From a phage, in sequence record PX246731.1: a stretch of DNA of 64,000 nucleotides; one strand, given 5' to 3'. Made by a program: the position numbers and the translations under genes. Numbering within the stretch: the stretch's first letter is position 1; each line of letters opens with the position of its first letter. Under the pieces are notes generated by a model. That model saw only the letters and a list, made by a program, of their open reading frames with translations. It searched no databases and was not told the DNA's origin. This document shows, piece after piece, positions 37,401-46,052 of the stretch.

Positions 37401-39273
37401 GATTAGCCAGAGCACCCGGGTCACGGTTAATGAAGCTATCCATAGACATGATGTTGTCATACATCTGGATTGCAGCTTCCATTTGAACGTTAGGGTCTTC
37501 GGCAGTATTAACCAAGTCAGCCATCTTCTGAATAGCTTCAACACGGTTAGTGGAACCAGAAACAGCTTCACGGATTGCCGGGCTAGCCTGTTCCAGTTCT
37601 ACTGGGTCAAACTTCATTACCTGAGTTAAGTCAGCAGCATACTGTGTAGCAGCAGCTTTCTCTTCAGGAGAAATGTCCATTGCATCTACTGCTTCCTGAA
37701 CAGTTGCCTGTGCCTGTTCTGCCTGAGCAGTAGCTTCTTGTGCAGCAGCGTTAACCGTAGCATCAGATACAGGGGATGCTTGCTCATTACGCTTAGCAAC
37801 TTCTTCACCACGCTGAACCAGGATGTTAGTAATAGGTGAAGCTACTTTCGCTAATGCTTTACCAGCCAGAGAAGCACCAGCCAGGGTAGTACGTACAGCA
37901 GGACCTACGGCAGCACCAGCAGCCTTAACAGTTGCACCAGGAGCTTGAGCAACTCCAGCACTACCGAAGCCATACAGTGCACCAAGCCCGGTTTGTTCAC
38001 CCACACCTTTAAGCAAATCACGATTAGCATCTACATTACCTTGAATTGCTTTGTTCTGTGCAAACTGACTTGTACCAGACTGGATACCTTCTTCTACAGT
38101 CTCACGCAGCATGTTAGAACCAGCTCCAGCCAGTGAACCTACCTTAAGTGGGTTAAGTTCAAACTTGGATACCAGTGGAGCAGTAAGAGCAGCAACTGGA
38201 GCAGTTAAGCCAGCAGCAGTGATACCTGTTTCAGATGCAGTCTGACGACGTGCTTCTTCAGGAGACAGACCATCTTTAATATGCTGTTGGTATACAGGAG
38301 ATTTAGCAGCCAGTTCACTGAACGGCATTTCCATAATTTCATTAGCAGTCTGCTGGTATGCACCACCAGCTTCCATACCACCAATTGCTATAGCAGGTGC
38401 AGCAACACGACCAGTAGCTAATGCAGTACGTGCAGGACGCGAACCTAATTCAGCAGCTAGGGTAATACCCTTAACAGCTTTATCACCACCTACCATTACT
38501 TTACCAAGTGCAGATACACCACGGATAAGTGGACCACCAGTAAACAATGAACCAACACCCTCAGCCAGACCATCTGTAGCAGCCATGCCATTAGATAAGG
38601 TGTTAGCAACAGAATCATAAGCATCACGACCAATTCGAGATAGGGAAGCAACGAGTTCACTTTCTCCTTTATCAATATCTTGCTTATAGAGTTTCTCATT
38701 CTCCTGAGCAGATATTACGTTCTGGTTCTGTACTACATTACGGCGAGCATTCAGTGCATCAGACTGTAGGTTGTGTACACCTTTATTTAACCAGTCAAGA
38801 CCGGAAGCAGTGGATGCCCCGGCATTATCATTGACCAAACCTGTGCCAAGAGCAGCAATGCCCCCAAGGGTATTAGCAACACCAAGACCAACACCAGAAA
38901 GGGTATCACCAAGTGCTTCACCATATGTACGACTCTTAGTTAAATCACGACGAACAGCATTAGCTGCATTGACACGAGCATTGAGAATGTCCATTCCTTG
39001 CTCATTGCCATACTTGTTTATGATTTCAAGAGGAGAGGCATTAGTAAAATCTGCCTGAATAGAACCTGGGTTAAATGCACCAGCACCTAAGTTACCAGCA
39101 CGGCCTGCCTGTAATTGGTAGGCGTTCTGTGGGGTTAATTGGAAAGGGTTTTGCCCTTGTTCAGCTTGTTTCCGAGAGGTTGCAGTAGAGACATCGACTT
39201 GCTTAGCAGTAGTGATGCTGTCTGCGAAACCTGCCAGACGGTCAAATGTTGACATAGCATGATTCCTGTTCAA
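28468..39273 (-). CDS. virion-encapsidated RNA polymerase (N4 vRNAP-like giant protein)
   Basis: Single uninterrupted 3601-aa ORF. A roughly 3500-aa virion RNA polymerase is the hallmark of N4-like phages, and the position at the start of the minus-strand late block matches N4 gp50. Confidence 0.8.
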   Translation of the reverse strand: MNRNHAMSTFDRLAGFADSITTAKQVDVSTATSRKQAEQGQNPFQLTPQNAYQLQAGRAGNLGAGAFNPGSIQADFTNASPLEIINKYGNEQGMDILNARVNAANAVRRDLTKSRTYGEALGDTLSGVGLGVANTLGGIAALGTGLVNDNAGASTASGLDWLNKGVHNLQSDALNARRNVVQNQNVISAQENEKLYKQDIDKGESELVASLSRIGRDAYDSVANTLSNGMAATDGLAEGVGSLFTGGPLIRGVSALGKVMVGGDKAVKGITLAAELGSRPARTALATGRVAAPAIAIGGMEAGGAYQQTANEIMEMPFSELAAKSPVYQQHIKDGLSPEEARRQTASETGITAAGLTAPVAALTAPLVSKFELNPLKVGSLAGAGSNMLRETVEEGIQSGTSQFAQNKAIQGNVDANRDLLKGVGEQTGLGALYGFGSAGVAQAPGATVKAAGAAVGPAVRTTLAGASLAGKALAKVASPITNILVQRGEEVAKRNEQASPVSDATVNAAAQEATAQAEQAQATVQEAVDAMDISPEEKAAATQYAADLTQVMKFDPVELEQASPAIREAVSGSTNRVEAIQKMADLVNTAEDPNVQMEAAIQMYDNIMSMDSFINRDPGALANLEQGSPAANIVDQFSGLMANVQNTPKVLRAFRAIHSMIQEQAEAGKLKATEKANQAQANNIAMAADMSPEVLDADSVNMVLKHASEGKITLGNRQRAALQSAAALLQGAREFDAKAEELGLRPQDIVSKQIKTDESRSNEGQYSALQHAKRIRSAYNSGNFDLASAYLDDFMKFAQHMQNKVGALNEHLISGNADKNKSVHYQALTPSREWVRSRTGLGVNPYDTKSVKFAQQVGLEAKTVADIANALATAYPELNVSHVKVTPLDSRLDKPAAQVVKEFRQGNLDAAQSQQTNEPVNQVDEAPVIKQEPVTPTVQTKPSVSEAVKTEPTIKESKPQTVKEPENQSEKQDIVEQPTESERDSYVKENTISQDTLNKYGDRRDSPWLFADGTVVGSNGDHISLSDVFGHDGYRDMSLDTGAVRSTFYKGSEQPFVSLQLFDNQKLTAEQFNTVQSFVEANNALIQIGVDTSGLNTNNVEKEEVSLAQLKADYTVGGKPLSGMEAVFPVYNNEKTPNQFLKAFSLPEEPKSRTIGSESPLTDVKKALSSAARFEAFTQKENNALTSDVIKRYQDLFEFGETLKTTLSDRLAKFLANKNVGKRFAEGTEANRWVGGKLLNIVEKDGDTFKFNDQLLETAVLAGLQWRLTATQNAAIKDMQDVAAITGVNASLLPEGILAEFENAQTLVEATNSLAQKIESYWGLNRNADAPLGYTKGIPMAMATEILSSLIEMGEVKESMLDVSEIDPESNKTIGLYTIEKLDDTDAINKFPTAIEEAVLVEPVEKLYFGDDIPPVAHTQLRNPAVRNTPEQKAALKAEQATEFFVHTPMVQFYEALGKDRILELMGAGTLDKDLLNKNHAKSLEGKNRSVEDSYNQLFSVIEQVRAQSEDISSVPIHYAYNMTRVGRMQMLGKYNPQSAKLVREAILPTKATLDLSNQNNEDFSGFQLGLAQALGIKVHKMTRETMSEELTKALEGKLKPAVDMMVEFDKSGYLPTDAVNILTTSLGNDKSFVALMALMEYARYLNSDDRANFNTPLYVEADGVTNGPINAMVLMTGGKFTPNWIKNTAKGGLFFGKAGKTMNEHHTQEDSVDLYEASTNSLQFYLNELRNAYSKNIPVINQMDHLQKLMDLFIKDFNLNEDGTLDLKRGIAKNPLTITIYGSGARGIAGKMVSAITDTIYERLSDVLKARAVDPNISPAMAMFGKEAASEADAQAMLDTFLTSMKALTGNIPAKRKGKLFIKEVDGVLTGKLDPQEFTVSGDALKNLQENMLHFFVEPMRQGIRFTVGDGLMQSTENLQKATQIQSLVLQDMFQQAVQAKLAEKEKDPTWKKGDFLTQKELNEIQNSLAPLAPMIETGSQTFYIAGSENTDVANQVLATNLDDRMRVPMSIYAPSQAGVAGIPFMTIGTGDGMMMQTLSTMKGAPKNTLKIFDGMNIGINDITDASRKANEAVYTSWQGNPIKNVYESFSKFVKNVDLNKLSDSAIDAIAKSALDFEQRTHIARVDGDRDYKISMIKDSGIALIERNLRNIALGVDIRHKVMDQVQVTVDQMAAVGAPYVNNGKISLEGLTVDQQVAKLNELFDAELNKRRDAVRAAKAEPVKEVPAMEQVGRVLKSGVRLLSNTAITKLAKEMSPEQQEVLKEIQKSLAAKDYKVVYGTPSQLDAYAIEKNITRPAPEDIEAAEAGNAYGWTNFEDKTIYLVTPSLETLVHELVHASTFESVLAHYEGTPNEAVQNIEDLMNQFRALDVNDESPAVREAYADALNTINGHLSNGFIEPAMAKAAALNEYMAWGLTNRELISKQKKTTALKTMVQAVYEAIKRLVFGRKKAPANADDMFSGLLFNSAVVMRGQAPTAAVAKDTTLFHNKAYGDNTRLEELGKTFDKLITNYIGSEPVQQVIRKGKFSDAVVNATKVTRDVQAHGFTMNMQEQRLFTNIVAALATEAAINPAAMARAQEYYTHVTKNLTVEAFMADPDSTNPADRYYAQQKFDTIMGANNIEFDAQGRSSLLPTFVGLAMVSEEVRKVLADIPVMKADKKSGNTVDAMLTNIGTAAMASLNARVAGDTKATNVQEGMDALAQTIMQTSLNAESFYDSVATPTGNAIDRANQYLVDSIDVLSTRALEGAREVAANTKNPLVKGAAHAAQLVAAIATEKNGSIVAEGVMAAMNQGKVWQPFHDLVNDIIGRTKSNASVYDLIKAVRAQVQADRQQFREHLPTTIAAKFSRKLTNDEWKAMHTGMGKTDLAVLRDTMSLDEIRDLLTDQKIVDREVNKLEADLQKQAGRNWPLINRKSKQLAQYMINGTVGNNLLRNATAISRLLGERKTTRSVVDVAQLDKLITLYALEAMNKIDREMLSSLAQTEIEGMDFATSYLVGQRKDEMAKAKSDSRATLNQYKGYIPGETKQGVNLIVAEDSQFADLIEKSYVRLGTYQGSSANRGSARSYYFAPVQAQAPFSQGILQNVRNTAGGVDLGTGFTMGTMVAGRITDKPSVDRITKALARGERGNEPLLPVYDANGNVVAYEQSIDPNMLKHIEGENHLARAIGVWRGRQVEEAKAQRFNDMLIENLHSMYENDIKMSASNKSQYVNLLGSKLDPVTADALKLMNSETRQKAESLFGPGELWVRRDMLNDALGYRAASVGDAWSGNSRWSPETLDTFKKAMLGVFGNRAYKYVMGGENLVQNLVKEAKTLIVVKSVVVPAVNFLANLYQMVARGVPVKNIAKSIPQKTAEINQYLKSRLRQVDAEAELRAATNPNQIRKLKAEIQSISDSHKRLSIWPLLEAGEFSSIADAGIGRDDILITEGKLHEYMDKLADKLPKSVRNAGRYALITKDTALFQGIQKTVEYSDFIAKAIIYDELTQRKGKTREEALGRVTEEFINYDRLPGRFRGYMESVGLMWFYNFKIRSAKVAVSMIRNNPVHAAMAMLAPTPTMFGNVGLPIQDNIFSIAAQGNLGYSFGFGQGLRAHTLNPWLNLTN

Positions 39274-39358
39274 ACTTATATCGTATAAGAAGATTCACTG
39301 TACAGTAAGTGAATGTAAGAGAAAAGCCCCGGATGGGGCTTTATTAGTATGTAAGATT

Positions 39359-41305
39359 TTATCGAGGTTGCATATAGGGAGGTAAACCCTCTGCCAATTT
39401 TCGATAACGTTTAGCTCGTTCTTCATCTTCACGACTACGCTCACGTTCTACTGAAGCATTAGAACGGAAGTTCTGTGGAACCAGGTTTCCTTGGTTAGCC
39501 ACCACAGTATTAACAGCAGCATCAAGTGCAGCACGTGCTCTTGCTAACTCAGCCTCACGAGCAGGAATAGTAGCAGCAAGTCCACTTTGCCCAGCAGCCA
39601 CACGACGACGAGTATCAGCAAGCAAGGCTTCTGCTTGTGTTACCTGGTTCTGAGCATTTTCAATATTACCCTGTACCTGAGTAAGAACATTATCACGAGC
39701 AGTAGCTTCAATACCTTCTCCACGTCGTACTGAACGTGCTAGTTCTCTGGCAACGGTATCATCAATACGAATACCATTACCACCCTCGTTAGAAATGAAT
39801 GGGTTAATAGCATCTAGTGCTCGACTAATCATACCTTCAGGTACGTTGGTAGTAGACTGCTTAAGAATCTCAGCAGCTACAGCAGGAGACTGCCCGGATT
39901 CCTGCATAACATCATTAAGTCGAGCTATCATCCATCCTTTCTCAGAACCTTTGAAAGCATCCTTAAGAAGACGGTCTGCTACTTCACCAATAGTAGAGTT
40001 GTCACGCAATGCACGGGCATAGTTAGCAGTAATAGTTCCAGTATTATCTTCAGACTGGCGAGCAGCAACTGTATTGCCTGCCATGTTTGAGACTACTTGC
40101 TGGGTCTGTAACTGTTCAAGAGGTGCACCTACTTCTGCCTGTGCAATTAACTGACGTGCTTCACTCCATGGCATATCCTTATAACCACCAACACCCAAGT
40201 CAGGCAATGCAGCCCAAGTCTTAGAAAGGTTACCACTCTTACGGTCATTGAAGATTGCTTCAGCTATTTTGTCCTGTACTTCAGGAGTCATTTGCTGATT
40301 ACGCCAATCTGAACCAAGCACCTTAGGTGCATAGTCTTCCAGAGTAGCTTTATTAATCTGAAATGCTCCTACAGGGGAATGACCTTGTGACGGGTTATTA
40401 ATCATAGTTTGTTGATGATTAGTAACCTCACCCAGTGTCATTTCAGTAATAGGCTTATCAGTAGCAGCAAAGGTATATGTTGCATCATAAGGAGAACCAG
40501 AACGAGTACCAGCAGTTCCCGGAGCAGAGCCAGAAGGAGACACAGCATAAGTACCCGGGAATCTCTGATTCACACCTCGCATGATTGCAGCACGTACACC
40601 AGGAGAAGCATTCTGCATAGCAGACTCTGCCAGTGTAAGAGCATCCATAGGTGTAGAAGCACTACGGAAAATGTCTGTCAATATACCGGATGCAGCTTGT
40701 GAATCAGCATCATTACGTTGAGCCACACCCAAATCAAAACGGTTCTGTGCTTGGTTAATAGCCTGACCACCTTGCCCTTGAAGACGACTCAGCATATCCA
40801 GTTGTTGATCAGCAGGGAGTGTAGACAGTGACTCTCGGGTTTGTCCCAATGCAGAATTAATACGGTTCTGGTCACCGGACTGATAAGCCTCAGACAGCAA
40901 TCGAATAGCTGGAGAAGCATTATCCAGTGCAGAGTTAACATCCTTTAAGCGACCAAAGTTATAAGCATTGAAGTCATTGATTCCCTGTTGACCTTGCTGA
41001 GTCAGAAGTGTACCTGCTCGCTCATCCAGATTCTGAAGGGTATGTTGGTTTACCAATGAAGGGTCAACCCCCTGAAACAGTGCACCAGATGCCAGAGCAT
41101 TACGATACTCAGTAGGGTCTTGATACTGCATAGCATTCATCATGACGGCATTGCCAGCCTCCTGCTTGGCAGCGTTCTGGAAGTTACCCAGTGCATCACT
41201 TAAGCCGGAGGTGGCGTTACCAATCATGCTTCCAAATGTGCGAATGCTGTCACCAACTCCGGAGAAGTTAGGTGCATCAACATTACGCCATGTAATTTGA
41301 GCCAT
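39359..41305 (-). CDS. virion protein (N4 gp51-like by position)
   Basis: 648-aa ORF immediately upstream (in transcription order) of the vRNAP gene; Gly/Ala/Ser/Gln-rich. Confidence 0.45.
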   Translation of the reverse strand: MAQITWRNVDAPNFSGVGDSIRTFGSMIGNATSGLSDALGNFQNAAKQEAGNAVMMNAMQYQDPTEYRNALASGALFQGVDPSLVNQHTLQNLDERAGTLLTQQGQQGINDFNAYNFGRLKDVNSALDNASPAIRLLSEAYQSGDQNRINSALGQTRESLSTLPADQQLDMLSRLQGQGGQAINQAQNRFDLGVAQRNDADSQAASGILTDIFRSASTPMDALTLAESAMQNASPGVRAAIMRGVNQRFPGTYAVSPSGSAPGTAGTRSGSPYDATYTFAATDKPITEMTLGEVTNHQQTMINNPSQGHSPVGAFQINKATLEDYAPKVLGSDWRNQQMTPEVQDKIAEAIFNDRKSGNLSKTWAALPDLGVGGYKDMPWSEARQLIAQAEVGAPLEQLQTQQVVSNMAGNTVAARQSEDNTGTITANYARALRDNSTIGEVADRLLKDAFKGSEKGWMIARLNDVMQESGQSPAVAAEILKQSTTNVPEGMISRALDAINPFISNEGGNGIRIDDTVARELARSVRRGEGIEATARDNVLTQVQGNIENAQNQVTQAEALLADTRRRVAAGQSGLAATIPAREAELARARAALDAAVNTVVANQGNLVPQNFRSNASVERERSREDEERAKRYRKLAEGLPPYMQPR

Positions 41306-41317
41306 GATGGTTTCCTA

Positions 41318-41761
41318 TTAACGAGTTAGCTTATTAGCTGCAATGTAAGCATCAGCTGAAGACTGGTCACGGTTCTCTGCTGTAGCACGACTACGAGCAC
41401 GGTCTTCTAGTGCAGTGTTATAAGACTTAATCTGGTTATTCAGGTTAGTGTTAGTAACACTCTTAGCAAAGTTCAACTGGTCTTTGGCTAACTTATTAGC
41501 CTGGAAACCACTGTAGATATTAGCTAATGAACCAAGTGCACCAAGCCCTAACTGAAAGGTAGGTACGTTTAGGCCCAACTGATTAGCTGAACCAGACATG
41601 AAAGAAGTAGGGGAAGATGCCCCTAAACTCGTACCCATACCAATAGCTGCACCAGGGTTATAGTTCATAGCCGGGGTATTAAAGTTCTGATTGTTATTAG
41701 ACATCCAAGACATAGCAGCTGGCTGTGGGGTTTGGTTGCCTGTTAAGAATGACAAATCCAT
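41318..41761 (-). CDS. virion protein (N4 gp52-like by position)
   Basis: 147-aa ORF in the structural block; Asn/Gly/Ala-rich. Confidence 0.4.
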   Translation of the reverse strand: MDLSFLTGNQTPQPAAMSWMSNNNQNFNTPAMNYNPGAAIGMGTSLGASSPTSFMSGSANQLGLNVPTFQLGLGALGSLANIYSGFQANKLAKDQLNFAKSVTNTNLNNQIKSYNTALEDRARSRATAENRDQSSADAYIAANKLTR

Positions 41762-41774
41762 GGGGATTCTCCTG

Positions 41775-44429
41775 TTAAACTAGGTCAGTATTAAGGGTCA
41801 TGTCAGAGTAGTTGCCAATCATGTCTAGAGACAAGTCAGCTATATCTGAACCAGTCATAAGAGTACGTGATAAGAATGAATCCAGTGACTCCATTGACAC
41901 GAATTGCATTGGGTCAATTACACCCTGCCCAGCAGTACCAAACATTTCTTCATACTGCTTATTGATTGCCATCATATCAGTATTGTACTGCTGCATTACT
42001 TTCTCTGCTTTCTGAATAGTAGCAGCCGTAGATGCATTAATATACTGACTAATACCATTACCTACCGAACTGGTAAGCTGCATGATGTTTTGGGCATTCA
42101 TCATCTCACCTGCTAGGGTGGATAAGGATGTACCAGTAGACAAAGCAGTACCAACATTCATAGCTACCAATGAAGCAATAGCAGCAATGATAAAACCTAG
42201 CTTATCTCCGAACAGTGCAGTGGATACTTTTGTAGTAATGGATATCAGAATCATTGCAGCAATAGCATTTGCTACAGCACCAACTATTACAGCAGCTAAT
42301 CCAACAAAACCAAGAGAAGCACCAACTGCACCATATGCTCCAAGTATACCTGCACCACCAGCACCCATAGTGAATACGGATACAACGACAGCAACTACAA
42401 CAACCACAATCTTAAAAGCAGATGTTTGATACCACTTCTGCTTAACCTTCTTATATGAGTTCATCACTAAGTAGGAACAGGCAGTGGATAACTGAGTACT
42501 TCGAACCAGTGACATTGAACGGTAGATGTTAGTATGTAGTGGAATAATGAATCCACTCTCCTCTGCATCACCCATTGCTTCGGCAACATCAATGTGCACT
42601 GACTTATTCTTATATACCCTGTTATTGTGGTTTAGACCCAGTACCCTGAGTTTACGGTAAGTGTTATTACCATCCTGCCAAAGCAACTCATACTCCTGCA
42701 TCGAATAGAATGTATATGTTACTTCAAGTTTCTTAGCAGAACCGGAGTTAGAAGCTGTCCTTATGTTCTTGCGAGTAAGAGTTATATCTCCTGCATACCT
42801 GGCTCGAAGTTGTCCTTGCTTAGCACCAGACCATGCTTGTCCTGAGTGAGTAGTTTCGGATACATAGTTCCAGCCAATAGTCATGTCATATTTGTAATGC
42901 TTATTACTATGTACCCTAAACTCTCGCTTAGGTATGACTGGATATTCTGGAAGTGGCGGGGGAGTTCCAATAGTATGCCCTTCAGTCCTGTTCCACCATT
43001 CTACATATGCATCAACTGCATCATTAGCTGCCCGATAACCTGCAATTACTGCTTCCAAAGTTGGGTAGGTTGGGTCAGGTGGGAATGCTTCAGTAGCCAT
43101 CTGAAAGAAACGGTAGATGTATTCCTTAGCAGTATCCTCTGGAGTATTAAGAGATACACCGAATGTGCCATAAATGTACTGAATATCACCAATATCCTTA
43201 TTCTTCTTAAGTTCTGTCACTACCTTATCAATTTTTCCACCAGTAGCTTTATAAAGAGCCTTTTTACAGTGAGGGTAGATTGAGTCATTCTCTACCCATT
43301 GCTTGTCATTCCTGATTGGAATGAATGGATAGAATCGGTTATCAGTAGCCTCAGTTTCAAACAGTGAATCTAGTGCAACGTTACCAGAGTTCTGCTTATA
43401 GATAAGCATCTTAGGTGTACCAACAGCAGTCATCTCAGTATCAGTACGAGTAGTCTGAGATGAGTACTTACGAACCAATGTCTCTGTGGTTGTAGTAATT
43501 GTATCAGTACGAGTAACTCCACCACCTATATCAACTACATTGGTAGTTACATTAGTACTGGATTGAACCTCACCAAACTTTTTATGGGTCATTACCCTGT
43601 CAGATACAACTACAGTCACATCATCAGGTTTCTCAGTGAATCCTCTACGGTAAACCTTAACGTAAGAGTTCCAGTTATCCACACTTGGCTCAGTGACAGT
43701 ACTATCTTCATCTGGTCTGCCATCAGAGTAAACAGAATGAGTATGTATAGTCTTAATAAGGTTGGTTGTATTAGCCGTCGTATCGCTTGAAATGGTAGTC
43801 CATAACAAAGTGGAGGGTAAGTCATCCTCATCATCATAGACAGTAGTCGGTCCTACTACAGGTGGATTAATAGAAGGGGATTTGTAAAAAGAGTAATCAG
43901 CATAGAGATACAAAGCACCTGGTTCAAAGTTAGTAGGTGTGAATTTAATAGTAGAACCTCCATCCAAGGAGGTCATAGTAATTTCATTGGTATCTTCATC
44001 AATGTCGATGTCGAATCGTTCCATGATTCGACTTGGAGCATTCTCATAAAGATACTGGTCACACCATTGTTCAAAGTCAGCAAAGCCAATCTCTGCTGCC
44101 TGAACGTAGACAGACTCTCCAGCAGGTGGTGTAATTTGACCCTCTATAACAGTAGGGTCAATCTTAGCCAGTACACCTAATGAAGAACCAGCCATGCCAA
44201 CTTCTGAATCATAGTGATTCTTACTCCAGCTGGAGAACAGTCGCATACGAATACCCGGCCCATTCAGATAACTATCAGAGATAGTGTCTGCCATAGTGAA
44301 TCCTGTATTTGAAACGATATTGCCTATGACTACAGTCTTCATATAGTTAGGGCGTTTATGTATATCCCCTGCCATGTTATAGACAGAGGATGCTACGTAT
44401 ACTTTGGTCTTCCCACTGAATAAGCCCAT
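41775..44429 (-). CDS. large virion protein with glycine-zipper hydrophobic segment (N4 gp53-like by position)
   Basis: 884 aa; about 90 residues of Gly/Ala/Val-rich hydrophobic sequence (VVVVVAVVVSVFTMGAGGAGILGAYGAVGASLGFVGLAAVIVGAVANAIAAMIL...). Confidence 0.45.
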   Translation of the reverse strand: MGLFSGKTKVYVASSVYNMAGDIHKRPNYMKTVVIGNIVSNTGFTMADTISDSYLNGPGIRMRLFSSWSKNHYDSEVGMAGSSLGVLAKIDPTVIEGQITPPAGESVYVQAAEIGFADFEQWCDQYLYENAPSRIMERFDIDIDEDTNEITMTSLDGGSTIKFTPTNFEPGALYLYADYSFYKSPSINPPVVGPTTVYDDEDDLPSTLLWTTISSDTTANTTNLIKTIHTHSVYSDGRPDEDSTVTEPSVDNWNSYVKVYRRGFTEKPDDVTVVVSDRVMTHKKFGEVQSSTNVTTNVVDIGGGVTRTDTITTTTETLVRKYSSQTTRTDTEMTAVGTPKMLIYKQNSGNVALDSLFETEATDNRFYPFIPIRNDKQWVENDSIYPHCKKALYKATGGKIDKVVTELKKNKDIGDIQYIYGTFGVSLNTPEDTAKEYIYRFFQMATEAFPPDPTYPTLEAVIAGYRAANDAVDAYVEWWNRTEGHTIGTPPPLPEYPVIPKREFRVHSNKHYKYDMTIGWNYVSETTHSGQAWSGAKQGQLRARYAGDITLTRKNIRTASNSGSAKKLEVTYTFYSMQEYELLWQDGNNTYRKLRVLGLNHNNRVYKNKSVHIDVAEAMGDAEESGFIIPLHTNIYRSMSLVRSTQLSTACSYLVMNSYKKVKQKWYQTSAFKIVVVVVAVVVSVFTMGAGGAGILGAYGAVGASLGFVGLAAVIVGAVANAIAAMILISITTKVSTALFGDKLGFIIAAIASLVAMNVGTALSTGTSLSTLAGEMMNAQNIMQLTSSVGNGISQYINASTAATIQKAEKVMQQYNTDMMAINKQYEEMFGTAGQGVIDPMQFVSMESLDSFLSRTLMTGSDIADLSLDMIGNYSDMTLNTDLV

Positions 44430-44430
44430 A

Positions 44431-45273
44431 TTAGTTCAGCCCGTTGTTAGACTTCAGCTTGGTCAGAATGGTATCAATACTTGCGTTAGTGAAGCCATTC
44501 GGTGGGTTCAAGCCTTCGTCAATAGTCTTCTGAGTAATCCATGCATCAGTAAACAACTTAGATGCTTTAACCTCTGCATCACGTTGGTAAGAAGTAATCT
44601 GTTGAGAGTACAACTCTTTCTGTTTACCTACAGAACCCTTAACTACTGCACCATCAGTACGAGTGTCCAGCGTCTGTGCACGTTGTGCTTCTGTCTGCTC
44701 AGTAAGCAATTTAAGCTGTTGGGGTAACATCTGACTAGCATTAAACAATGCAGCACAGTATGTCTCAGACTCAGTAGCAATCTTTAACTTAGTAAGTGCA
44801 TATTCACTCTTAGCAGACAGTGCCTGAAGCTTAGCCAGTACAAACTGTGCTTTAGAAGTTGCCAATGTAACACGTGCAGTAACTGCCTGAATCTGTGCCA
44901 GTGCAGCAGCCCAGTATGCCTGGTCACGACCAAGTAAGAACTGAACAGCATTACTCATGCAAGATTCCATCATAGCAATATATGCTTTGGTATATTCACC
45001 ACCCGTAATACGGTTAGCTTTAAACTCAGCTTTAAGGTGATTATGTGCAGATTCCATTAATGCATCAAACGTACCACTACCACCTACTTCACGGGTAGTA
45101 AGGGATTCATTGGTTATTTTAGTAATAGCACCAAAGATTGGAGAACCATCTCCACCAGGGATATCCCATTCAGGACCAGACATATCAATATCAGGAAGGG
45201 TAAAGTCATCACCCTTAGTTAGCTCTTCTAGGAGTCGGTTAGCTTCTACCTCAGCAGAACAAGACATAATCAT
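44431..45273 (-). CDS. structural protein (N4 gp54-like by position)
   Basis: 280-aa ORF tightly packed in the late operon; helical, Ala/Gln-rich. Confidence 0.4.
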   Translation of the reverse strand: MIMSCSAEVEANRLLEELTKGDDFTLPDIDMSGPEWDIPGGDGSPIFGAITKITNESLTTREVGGSGTFDALMESAHNHLKAEFKANRITGGEYTKAYIAMMESCMSNAVQFLLGRDQAYWAAALAQIQAVTARVTLATSKAQFVLAKLQALSAKSEYALTKLKIATESETYCAALFNASQMLPQQLKLLTEQTEAQRAQTLDTRTDGAVVKGSVGKQKELYSQQITSYQRDAEVKASKLFTDAWITQKTIDEGLNPPNGFTNASIDTILTKLKSNNGLN

Positions 45274-45343
45274 TCCTCTTGGTTCAAAAAGAAACGGCCC
45301 ACGGAGTTACCCCAGTGAGCCGTGTTGAACTGTAGCTTATACG

Positions 45344-45985
45344 TTAATCGTTAAGGCTACCAGCAGCAATCTGTGCTTGAGCCAGCTGAGCCAATTCTGC
45401 TTCAGTCAACGGAGGCAGTACTTCAATGGAGAACTCACGTGCTTCTGTTGCACGGATGTCCGGTAAGCCATTCTTACCTTTACGGGTAGTAATGTTAATG
45501 AACTTACGTTCTTTAAGGAACTCGTAGATACAGTACGGAATATGATAACCATTGTCCGTTACTTCACCGAACGGGACAAACTTACGTACAGTACCCATAT
45601 ATTCGTTAGCTACGGTGATAATTTCACCCGGCAGGTCTTTCTTCTTAGGATCAAGGTTCTGGATACGTACACGAATCAGTCGAGTCTGTTCTGCACGAAT
45701 CTTCTGACCCAGGGTCATCTTCTTAACACCAACTTCCTGTTTTTCACCAAGGGGGTTAACAGCAGCTTCCTCTACTACTGGTTCATCTTTTACTTGTGCA
45801 GCTTCAATCTTCTCACGAAGCTTCTCAACGGAAATGTTGTTAGAGAACTTAATATTCATCAACGTTGCACGTTGCTTAAGAACTTCAAGTTCGCTAGGCA
45901 TTGCAATATCGTTAACGGTATCTTCGTTGCCCTGTACGTTTACTTCTACGTCAGTGGTCGGTTTATCGTTAATGCTCATGTTCAT
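45344..45985 (-). CDS. structural/assembly protein (N4 gp55-like by position)
   Basis: 213-aa ORF just downstream (in transcription order) of the capsid gene. Confidence 0.4.
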   Translation of the reverse strand: MNMSINDKPTTDVEVNVQGNEDTVNDIAMPSELEVLKQRATLMNIKFSNNISVEKLREKIEAAQVKDEPVVEEAAVNPLGEKQEVGVKKMTLGQKIRAEQTRLIRVRIQNLDPKKKDLPGEIITVANEYMGTVRKFVPFGEVTDNGYHIPYCIYEFLKERKFINITTRKGKNGLPDIRATEAREFSIEVLPPLTEAELAQLAQAQIAAGSLND

Positions 45986-46015
45986 ATTTCCTGTGGTTCA
46001 TTTAGTTTTATTAAG

Positions 46016-46046
46016 AGGGGGACATAAGTCCCCCTTGTTTTATTTC
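46016..46046. terminator. Stable hairpin between capsid gene and next late gene (terminator/attenuator)
   Basis: Perfect 8-bp stem agggggac(46016-23)/gtccccct(46028-35) with ataa loop, T-rich tract on the plus strand (tgttttatttc) and A/T-rich flank on the minus strand. Confidence 0.5.
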
Positions 46047-46052
46047 GGACTA

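Noticed and set aside
29695-38136. Numerous 60-140 aa plus-strand ORFs inside the vRNAP gene (for example 29695..29988, 36625..37041, 37237..37629)
   Set aside because: They lie antisense to one uninterrupted 10.8-kb coding sequence, lack RBSs and have low-complexity translations; chance ORFs on the opposite strand of a long gene.
39795-40702. Plus-strand ORFs 39795..40022 and 40409..40702 (Ser/Arg-rich) inside the 648-aa virion protein gene
   Set aside because: Antisense to a well-supported late gene; Arg/Ser-rich composition is typical of reverse-strand artefacts.
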